A stretch of DNA of 61,478 bases, filler included, from Sphacelaria rigidula (taxonomy: Eukaryota): NCBI GenBank assembly GCA_964200075.2. It is 10 parts of 10 records of this genome, joined end to end, with 100 filler letters (N's around TTAATTAATTAA, not from the genome) between each part and the next. Parts side by side here need not be neighbours in the genome. Positions count along the whole stretch, not along the records: positions 49,265 to 55,321 come from CAXNAA020022526.1; positions 55,422 to 61,478 come from CAXNAA020022527.1; 8 more parts are not named here. The stretch is one strand, 5' to 3'. Below are positions 52,242 to 61,478 of the stretch, one piece after another. A model generated the notes under the pieces. The model was given only the letters and a program-made list of their open reading frames with translations. It was not told where the DNA came from and did no database searches. The first letter of the stretch is position 1, and each line of letters opens with the position of its first letter. The position numbers were made by a program, and so were the translations under genes.

Positions 52242-53326
52242 CAGTAGTAGACCCGATTTTATGCCGATTATTATATGCCAGATAATTTTTATGCCGATAT
52301 TTCTCAGGGTACACAAAAAAAGAACATGCCCCTTTTCCCTTGGGCTTCGGTACACGGCATATAATCTGGTTTCATGCGGGTTCGGCATAAAACCTGGCGC
52401 CCAACTTTGTGCAGACTGGGCATCAAAGCGAACAATTTAGCGAGTACAGCAAGGCTGCAGTCAGTAACATAGCAGCAAACGTGAGCTTGAACGCCATGCC
52501 GTGTGCGGCAGGGCAACGGTGCAAGACGAGGGAGGTTCCGGCGACGCTGGCAACGTTGAAGGCAGAACCTCAGAAGTCATCGTCAATCCGCCTCCTTATG
52601 TAGCCGTAGCAGAGGAGGTTGGAAAGTTGGAGGCTACAGCCAGTAAGAGTTGCATAGAAGATGTGTCATATTACCTTGAGAAGGCGAGGATGGCATGGAT
52701 CAAAGCGCATGCTAGAAACAACGAATTTCAACAGCAAGATATTTGCACTTATTTTGACCCATGCTACTGTAGGAAATATGGGTGTTGGTGATCCGTGCGT
52801 GGGAGAAGCTGTTGGGGGGGGCGTACTCACCCCCCCCCCAAGCTGTGGGGGTGAATCGTTCAGATAGAGCGTCGCAACGCGCAACCTTAACTTTGACGAA
52901 AAGGACCAACCGGTGCTTCTTGTGACTAGGTCGCGAGGCGCTATCATGAGAGCAACTGTGAATCAAGGGCGGGTAGATATAGCAGATGAGACTGCCGTAT
53001 TGTGGAGTACAGAAAGGTAATTTCCTTGAGCTACACAAATGTCTTAATTTCTTTCTGCACAACAACAGTTCTTGAGACAGCGGCCATCCATCCGTGCTTC
53101 AATGTGCACTCAACATTTTTCAGAACCGCGCGGTTTCACGTTCTCTGGGTGTTCGTTAAAGCACAATCGTGCTTGGCTTGTTTGTCTGATTATGTGTCTA
53201 ATCGGTGTAAAATCGGACGGACCCCGTTTTTATGCCGAGTTGGCATAAAAGCGATTGTATCCCCACTAAATATTATAACGTTTTTTTCGGGGTACGCCAC
53301 CCGGCATAAAATCGGGTTCACTACTG
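52242..53326 (+). mobile_element. pogo/Tigger-like deletion derivative (1085 bp) retaining the transposase C-terminus
   Basis: TIR CAGTAGTRRACCCGATTTTATGCCG; TA/TG TSD within a family E unit; ORF remnant at 52501-52791 containing a PIP-box-like QQDICTYF near its end. Confidence 0.85.
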
Positions 53327-53929
53327 TGCTGTGATTGTGGAGGGTACTGCACTGTATCGTACCCTGCTGCGATGGTAATACTTCATGCTGCACTGCGCTA
53401 CTGTGTATATCATCAAAACAAACGGCACTGTACTATCCTACACTCTGCTGTTGCTGTACTTGAAGGGCCATGAATTGCACGGCAATCGTGAACTCTTCTC
53501 GCACACTGTGCACTGTTCTCGCAATACCGACTGGATCGTCATGTACTACCACACGGCATTACCGTGTGCTGTGATTGTGGAGTGTACTGCACTGTAGTAT
53601 ACCGTCTAGGGTACCACGGTATGACGCTGCTCTTGAAAGATTATTCACTGCCTGCCTGTTCTTCGACTTCATTGTGACACCACACCCCTGCAGAAAATAA
53701 CCCTCAGTGTACACAGCGATTTCAACAAATCTGTGAAACGATGACACATACAGACGTACAAACGAATATGATTTTTGCGAATTTGAGTCCCCCGATTTGG
53801 CACAGATTGAATTTCCGCCAGATTCGGAACTGCGTGCCATAAAAGTTGGTCTAACGCCACAGATTGAGAAAAAGTGAGCTCCCGAATAAGAAAAGACGAC
53901 GCAGGATCGGTCATAATTGAAGGTGTGGG

Positions 53930-54241
53930 TGGCTTCTTAATTCCCCCTATATGGGTGGGTACACTTTTTTCGCACAGAGGAAGGCTAACACAGGAGTTTT
54001 TCCCTTTTTCTTTCTTTCAGGCACTCCACCTTCCTTCTGCGGTGCTTGTCTTTCTTTTTACCGAGAGAAGGATTCAGCGGTCCCTCCCCTCGTCGACCGT
54101 GAAGTCGACACTCACGACATAGCCGCTCTCCGCTATTGGGTATGGTGTGAGAGACAATCCCAGTTCTTCCCGAGATTCGAACCCACGTCTCAACCGTCAG
54201 AAGGTTTCGAGGTTACCATCTGAGCCACGGGGGCGACCGGC
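53930..54241 (-). mobile_element. tRNA-derived SINE, family A variant with a different 3' tail
   Basis: Minus-strand TGGCTCAGATGG and GGTTCGAATCT boxes, same body; diverges after ...GCCTTCCTCTGTG. Confidence 0.85.
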
Positions 54242-54533
54242 TGCTACTCTGTGTTCCTCAATCCTGTCACCCCTGTCGTTCATACCGGTACCCGACAGTT
54301 TTGTAAGTTCTGTAAGTTCATCACACCCCTGGTGGACGATTCTGTAAGGTCTGTAAGCCTCCCATAATCCCAACCCAGGGTCAGGGTATACTGTTGTGCG
54401 GCTATCCCATGCAGGCGAAGTACGGGTATATGTTCGGGGGAGATATGAGCATTGATTCAATCCCTACGCAGTCTGATAACTTGCAATTGTTCCCTAACAC
54501 ACGTGGACAGATAGCACCCTGTGGGGCAAGTCT

Positions 54534-54702
54534 ACAGGGTTCAGGGACACTGTGCAGTGTTTCTCGCGGGGATTCGTCTGTAGGGTGTCTTTTGCGCCAC
54601 ACAGTACGCTTCACAGGGTTTCAAGGAAGCTGTGCAATGTTTCTCGCGGGGATTTGGCTGTAGGTGTTTTTTTCGCGCCCCACAGTCCGCTTCACAGGGT
54701 TT
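54534..54702 (+). repeat. ~80-bp tandem repeat x2, downstream of the chromovirus pol end
   Basis: Duplicated ACAGGGTT...CTGTGCARTGTTTCTCGCGGGGATT...CACAGTMCGCTTC. Confidence 0.85.
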
Positions 54703-54974
54703 TGTCACCCCGAGTACTGTTCATTGTTGTTAATATGCTTTACAGTGTTTATAGCTCCCGCACAATATACTCCACCATTCAGCATGGGCATCAATCCAGG
54801 ATCTCCTGTCCCCTGGCACTGCTCCAATCATGCATGCGATTATACTGAAACCTACGGCTTGGTATCATTTGGCTACAGCACCCTCAAAACGAGTTCTAGA
54901 CAAACGAACGAGCTTGACAACCAACAACAACCAAGGCGAAATCGCATGCGCCAGATCACAAACAAATAACATGC

Positions 54975-55321
54975 TCCGAGGCTAAATTTACTGGTCAGCG
55001 CCCACGCCAACCGCATTTTACGCAGTTCCTTCAAACCAAACTCAGGCGCATAAGAATGATTCTTGCAAAGAGACTCCCACGTACGTTCTTCAGCACCGAA
55101 CCCTTCCCGATCGACCAAAACAATGGCATCAACATTGTCATCCTCAGCGACGTGCACCAAGGTATTCATCCGACAGTCACCTTGAGCGTACGAATGCTGA
55201 AATACATCTTTTAGTTCCACAGTGATGTGCAACTGCGAGTCAGCATAGAAAAGTAAACGAGCGACATGGGCCGAGTGCACGGCGCCAGAAACAATGTTCT
55301 GCACCGAGTACACGTGAGCGT
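54975..55321 (-). pseudogene. Ty3/Gypsy (chromovirus-type) pol C-terminus with degenerate chromodomain
   Basis: HVARLLFYAD (SH3-like end), followed by VLVDREGFGAEERTWES (chromodomain). Confidence 0.8.
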
Positions 55322-55421
55322 NNNNNNNNNNNNNNNNNNNNNNNNNNNNNNNNNNNNNNNNNNNNTTAATTAATTAANNNNNNNNNNNNNNNNNNNNNNN
55401 NNNNNNNNNNNNNNNNNNNNN

Positions 55422-55628
55422 ACGTTTCTTCCATACATTACACAAAATCTCTTACATATCTTATCCTCGTCCTATTTCGCCGTCTCTGGCTACCATTTAT
55501 CTCCTAGTACAGCCATCGTTTTCTCCCTACTATCTAATGCATCGAACGATTACATGCCACCTTCGTTCACGCCCCGCATTTCCCCCTCTAGCACGCCCCG
55601 TTCCTCCTTTTTTCTACACGGAGCACCG
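55422..55628 (-). mobile_element. LINE ORF2 C-terminal fragment (same family as 44542-45750)
   Basis: KKEERGVLEGEMRGVNEG...DSREKTMAVLGDKW, colinear with the interrupted copy. Confidence 0.7.
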
Positions 55629-55752
55629 GTCCTCTTCCTGACGGAGACAGCTTCAACACACGTGGACACTCTTTACATCTTTCCATACTTTAAACAAGAT
55701 TTTGTTCTGCATGTCTTCGAGGAGAGGAGCAGAGGGGGGGCGCGGGGGGGGG

Positions 55753-56045
55753 AGTGCTCGTGATCTTGCATGCCATAGTCATGAGACCATTGACCTCGCA
55801 TCCCTACAAAGCCGAGGTGGAGCACACCGGGTTTCCGCCGGACCATGCTCGCAATCAATCACCAAGCGCGAAACGCCGTGTTGTGTTCGGCGAGTCGCAT
55901 GAAGGGTGAGCTGCATCCTGCTGAGGTTGTTCGGCCGCCCCGAATCGCACTGATTATCTTGGATTTGGATGACAGCCTTCAATGGGTTGCTTCACTTTCT
56001 GGTATCGCACTGCCTCACACACGGTGTCATGAGTGTCTCACCATA
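55753..56045 (-). mobile_element. Family F non-autonomous element, full-length copy between two G/C tracts
   Basis: Joins the halves seen at 18246/42909 and 12317/36949; G runs at 55734-55752 and 56046-56053. Confidence 0.85.
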
Positions 56046-57264
56046 GGGGGGGGTGGTGTTTCCGTGCTCGGGCGCCCTTGTTCCGAACCTTCAGCATCTC
56101 GATCAGTGCGCCCGCCGCGTGTTACCGAACGCTGTGTAAGTGAAAACATGACATCTGTAAAATATTTCGGATAGGAAACTCTTCAGTGTGTGTGGAAGTT
56201 GCACCCCGACAATGATTTGGGGTTGAGAAATGCATAGCCTTGGGGGGAAGTGAGGTATGCTCCATCACAAACCGTTATGATGTCGTGCAGTTTATTGAGA
56301 CTCCCACCTCGTACACGCAGTACGTGAAACTACCCCAACCCGTGTGCTACGGCGTAGTTGTTTGATGTAGCTTTTTCTAGAAGGTGCGGGTTTCGAAGAA
56401 ATGGACCAAGCGCGGGTTTGCGAAGCTCTCCACGAGAGGAAAGGAGGGGAAGTTCCGCGGTGGGAAGCCCTCAAGGGCTGATCTAGTCTCGCCATACGTC
56501 ACCATATTTCTTGACATTCACCCCGTCATTCCTTGCAGTTTACGCCAGGTGAAAAGACTCATCGCACAAGTGTGCTATACCGTGCTTCGCCGTACGAAGC
56601 TCGGACGATATGTCATTAACCGTGTCCCGGAAGGTTTTCATGTACGATGCACGGCGAACGGTGCCGCAAAAGTGTTTGGCTGTACACGATGAAGGCAGTT
56701 TTTGCTCTTACTTGCTTCGATACAGTAGACCGGAACGTCGACATTTTGTACAGACAAGCGTTTTCACATGAGGTCTACCGCGCCCGCCCGACACTCTTCT
56801 CCGCGACCACAAGCCGCTGGCAGAAGGAACTACGCAACGGTACACGTGAGAGAATCATGGCTTCACCGAACGGCCAGAAGGAGGGTACTCGGAAAATAGC
56901 TCGCAGTACTTACTGCACTGCATAAGCCAGCCGCTTATTTGCGCGGTATGCTCATAATCTGATCGATTGGAGGTACAGAGTGGAGCACGTCGCCGGGCGG
57001 ACAGTCATTTATGTGTCATACCGCAAAAAAATGTTCCGACCGCGTGATCGACCCGTGGTGGCCACCATTTATTCCCCATTGTGCCGGCGGGGTACTGGTT
57101 GGCGGACCGGCACCGTGTCCATGTCGTGGCCGGTTTAAATTCCAAAACTCGCACAGTAGTAGGCGATACTGCATATACTTTACTGTCAGAAGCCTGTACG
57201 CCGTGCGAGGCTACACTGGGCAAAGGTGTTCCAGACCCGAAATGGCCGGGAAAACTGCCCTTTA

Positions 57265-57872
57265 CGAGCTGGGCCAGCAGTAAATCCCACATTCGCTTTC
57301 CACACCGCAACTTCTCAAGTCTGCCAAACCAGCGCGACCTGAGCATATCGCTGTAAAGTGCAGACCAACCTGGTAACACACGGCACCGCCGCTGAATGAA
57401 AAGAAAAAATGAAAAAGTGCTCTGCGTATATACGACCTTAACGATGGACGAGACAAAAAAGACTGTATGTCGGGATTTGAACTCATGACCTCCTTAGTTG
57501 GAGTCCGCTGTATCACTTGAATAAAGGGGCGCGGCCGTGTCACACGAAAAGTACAACGCAAAGCCCAATTTGAGGTATTTTTGACCGAAACTTCACCAGG
57601 ATGTCGTTGACGGGAGTGCCCGTATGCGTTGGAGCGTTGTCGTCGTTTTTATCATTTTTTTCAAGAAGTTAAATAGTAGCATTTTTCCTGTTGTTCTTGA
57701 GGAAGCTTCAACTAGCACTAAGTTGCTGTTTTTTTTTTCCCCTCTGAACCATAATAGGGTTGCGTGGGTCGACTATAAAAATGCCGTGTCAAATTTTCAG
57801 CGCTTAACTCTTCGAATTACCATTGACATCTCCACTCTTTGTTCAAAAATCACTGTTAGCTGGCCTAGCTCG
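57265..57872 (-). mobile_element. Tc1/mariner-like MITE (608 bp), CGAGCTGGGCCAGC family
   Basis: TA|CGAGCTGGGCCAGC ... GCTGGCCTAGCTCG|TA. Confidence 0.9.
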
Positions 57873-57939
57873 TACTATTCAATCGGCGGTTGCTTCGAGG
57901 GAGCAAGTGGGCGCCAGCCAAGTTGCTTTTCAAAATTAT

Positions 57940-58358
57940 CGGGGAGGGATACGTGACACGTCACGTTTTAACGTGACACATCCGAAAACACCCAACTTTG
58001 GGTCATTTAGCGCTACGCAAGATTTGATTTTTTGGATCGGACATATGTAACGTAACGTGATGTAACGTGTGGTCTTCGGGTGAACCCCAACATTGATTGC
58101 GTTTTACTTTCCAAATGTGACGAAACCTCTGCTTGTTTTCGTGAATTTGTCACGTGTCACGTTGAAAATTCACAAAAACAGCCCTTTTCTACTTAAAGAA
58201 AAAACCAAGAGACACTGCTTCAAGGTCCACATTTTACATCACGTTACGTTGCATCTGTCCCGTACAAAAAATCAAACCTCACGTAGCGTTGAACGACCCA
58301 AAGTTACGTTCTTTCAGGTTTTTTCAAATGTGTTAGGTGTGTCACGTATCCCTCTCTG
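57940..58358. mobile_element. hAT-like MITE (419 bp)
   Basis: TIR CRGRGAGGGATACGTGACAC; degenerate 8-bp TSD AAAATTAT/AATAGTAT; ACGT-rich interior. Confidence 0.8.
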
Positions 58359-60407
58359 AATAGTATGAAGGTTCTCGGTCGTCGCTGCTGAAAGCAAAAA
58401 CAGGAATGATAATGGGCGTTGGGCGCGATGCTGTTGGCGCAGCAGCAGCGGTCTGGAAAAAATAAACAGGAGTAGCAGCAGCCGGGAGTCACCTTCATTG
58501 CCTGTTGCGCTTCTCTCTCTTGCGGCCTTCAAATCCGCGATCCAGAGCGGGCAAATTGCGCCTGTGCCATCAAGTCCAACTACGCACCCTGGAAAATTTC
58601 AACGTTGCTCTCATGACAAGCTGGACACGCTTATTATAATAATAGCTGTGATGGTCAGCAGACAGAGGGACACCGGTTGGTTCTATTTATACGAGTGTGT
58701 ACTCCGTTTGCTCGAACTACGCAGTGGTTCGGAAAAGCGCGGAACGGCCACGCTTTCATCGCGTTCGAAAAGCCACAGGATCGTTCCGCGAATATTCTTC
58801 AAGGAGGAGGTGAAGCGGGACATTGTACTCTATGTACTCCATCAGGGTCTCTCTCTCGTCGTCCTCTCTCCACTCCGAGCTTGTGCAAGGTGAGGCGGGA
58901 AGTACGATGTTTGAGGTGCTGCCTGCAGCACCGAAACTGGCACAAGATTGTGGTGGTCGCCCTCAATGATATGTGCTAGTACTCTGAAAATGGTATCGGT
59001 GTCAAGACGTGCAGACGGTACAGTAGGTACGCCCGCGAAGCCCACGACGAGACCGGTCCGAGGTGCTGCACACAGCTGTCGTGTTCCCGTCTGTGCAGAA
59101 TTGGGCCGGGACCGAAGTGCTGTCTACGACTATACAGAGCTGAAAAAATCGTGCGATGGCTGTGCAGCTGTCCATCATGTGTTCTTTGGTGCTCCAGTTG
59201 TTGTCGGGTGTTGTGTGATCGCGGAAGACGACACAAGGGGGATGCCTCCAGGTTGGAGTAGACGAAATGAGCCAGCAGGGTACAACATAGTCATCCGTGG
59301 TATCCCACACGGGCCGCGACCGTTCCAAAATGACCATCTCGACGACGATAAGAACATCTTTCCAATAGGATCGACAGTAAGTGAATGCGTAAATGAGTAG
59401 GCACAACACATATGCCCTCTCCAGTGCGTACACTGCTAGTGTGCGCACTACAGTAGTAGGAGCTTTGTCCTCCTTATCTTCGTTCCATTTGTTGGAGATT
59501 CATGAAACTGCTACGGCAGCAGGCGGTATATATATGACGACGCCGCGCGTGCTGGCACCGATGTCACTGACCTCTCCTGCCGTCCGGAGCAACCAGCGTG
59601 CAGCGATGCACTGAGAACGAGGTTGCGAGAATTCCAATTCCTTCTAGCATAAGCCCTATGGATGGGACAGAATTTCGATAGACCAGGGGCGAGAGACAAA
59701 CGGACACCCAAGAGAGAACATGTGAAAGATTGAGCACGCCTCGAAAATTGAATGTTGTACTGCGCCGTACAGAGCAACTCCACGAGTGCCTCAGTGTTCC
59801 GCCTGATTTAGTGTCACGTCGTTTATCATCCCTGAAGAAGGACATAAGGTGGGGCTGGCAGACACGATGAATCATGAAACCACAATCATGTGAGCCTTCA
59901 CCTCCATATTCACATAAATATTTTCCAATCATTCCGGCTCCACTCTAAACACCGCAGCGCACAGAGTGATGCTCGATTTTTCCCAGCACTTCACACTTCA
60001 CACGACAGGTACATCCAGGGTGCAAGATCCGAACGCGCTTTCCATTTATTTTCCATACTCGGCCCCGAGTCGCGTTTGCACAAAACTCAAGCTGTACTGC
60101 GCAATATATGCCGCGTGTGTACGAGCTGGTCCAGCCTTGACCCCGAATTTTTAGTTTGCAGGCCCCACCCCCACCTCAATTTTGAGAGTCGGACTCTCAT
60201 GTTCGTTACAGGATACGGCAAGGGTCTGTCAAGAGAAACTTCAAAACTTTTCGGACACGGACCGCCCTCCCCCTTTCCCGGAGGGCATTTTTTCGAGAAT
60301 TGCCATGATATTTTTGTTCTTGATATCGTTGAAACAAATAGATCAACAAATACTGACTTCGCGAGGTTCGTATATTTGCTTCTGCTCCTTGCCCACCCTG
60401 TCCCGAT

Positions 60408-60618
60408 TGTAATACGTGAGAGGACCGCGTGCTTTGAGGACCATATCGCAATTTACACATCCCCATGATTAGGGTTTGGGCTAGGGTTAGTGTTGGGGTA
60501 AGGGTCAGGGGCGTGGTACCTGCAGGGACTGGCTCGATTGGTTCCGAAAAACGCCGATCCTGGGGTGTTTCGGACTACGGCGCGGTCCTCTAAGCACGCG
60601 GTCCTCTCACGCATTACA
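60408..60618. repeat. 35-bp inverted repeat enclosing a degenerate (TTAGGG)n run
   Basis: Arms at 60408-60442 and 60584-60618; TTAGGG-TTTGGG-CTAGGG-TTAGTG-TTGGGG-TAAGGG-TCAGGG at 60469-60510. Confidence 0.8.
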
Positions 60619-61411
60619 CCGATGACCTCGGATGCCGGCAACGCTCACGCACATATATGTACAATACACAAGCGCATGGCAGCGACAGCCTGTACCCAAA
60701 GTAGCAACACTATCTCACGCCTCGCCAGATTTTCCCGGACTAGTGGTAGGTAGTCGAGGCACACGACACGAAACATTATCCCATAAACATGATCATGGTA
60801 GGTGATGAGCTTGGAGGGGCGGTGTGTCCGTCATCCCAGCGGTCTCCATGCCAAGGATCTCTGTACACGGCAGCTGACCGCATTCGCCAACGCTTCGGTA
60901 TTCAACTAGGGGACAGCAGGCTGAGTACCCGCCCCCCCCCCCCCCCCCAACCTCAAAAACTCGAATTTTCGATCCTGGGGCCTACGTGTCCCGAAATACA
61001 TTCTTGACAGACCCTTGCTTAACTAATGGAAAAAAAAAATGGTACGCTTGTATTTTTTTCATGCCCTATGCACTGTGCATGCCAAATTTTAAGCTCCAGC
61101 TCTGAATATTTTTCGGCGAATTCACCTTTTGAAAACCGGCTCGGTATTAATTCGGAACAGTATTTCCCAGGACACTCACTGGCCCACGTTTGGTTTCTAT
61201 GTTTTGAAATTTTGTGGGGGCCCTCGCTACGGCATAATTGACCAAACTCAGTGGGTCAGGTTGATTTCTTTTCTTTTCTTCACTGGTTTAGGGTGTTCCA
61301 TTATAGTATAGTAAAGAATATTTTTTCACGAGAACGCCCCAACCTCCATGAGAAAAAAAAATAAAGGCCCGCTTTTTTTGTTCGTCACACCTTCGTGGTT
61401 CTCCATGCTAA

Positions 61412-61478
61412 GGCCGGATGTTATGGCAAACAGATTTTTGGCCCACGGATTGTTCACTTTCATGACGTTTGAGCCATC
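61412..61478. mobile_element. Start of a second copy of the 8411-8896 Harbinger MITE
   Basis: TAA|GGCCGGATGTTATGGCAAACAGATTTTTGGCCCACGGATTGTT. Confidence 0.88.

Larger units (their letters stand above)
50780..53720 (+). repeat. Family E cluster: two blocks, each with two ~245-bp units plus a tail, each hit by a DNA transposon
   Basis: Unit start CGTACCCTGCTGCGATGG at 50781, 51022, 52022 and 53358; tails at ~51870-51990 and ~53607-53720. Confidence 0.88.

Noticed and set aside
56290..56900. Cytosine methyltransferase relic (minus-strand PCIVHENLPG resembling motif VI)
   Set aside because: Single short motif, no clear PCQ or FxGxG motif, many stops; not supportable without an HMM search.

Overview
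Eukaryotic, repeat-dominated sequence that is not one continuous locus. It is ten unplaced contigs of almost identical length (eight of 6058 bp, two of 6057 bp) joined by artificial 100-bp spacers (44 N + TTAATTAATTAA + 44 N), so neighbouring blocks are not biologically adjacent. The retroelement proteins and a signal peptide + 'TAF' plastid-targeting exon suggest a photosynthetic stramenopile, probably a brown alga (inference). Content: a decayed Ty1/Copia gag-integrase, three Ty3/Gypsy relics (one with a chromodomain), LINE fragments, two tRNA-derived SINE families, many TIR elements with readable target-site duplications (hAT 8 bp, Tc1/mariner-pogo TA, PIF/Harbinger TAA, piggyBac-like), mini/microsatellites, and one probable host-gene first exon. 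The most striking pattern is a LINE 3' end and an unrelated ~300-bp non-autonomous element that share a ...ATGAGTA(CA) terminus, lack poly(A), and are consistently embedded in poly(C) tracts. This suggests a retrotransposition system specific for C/G homopolymers. All calls come from reading the sequence by eye; no database searches were run.
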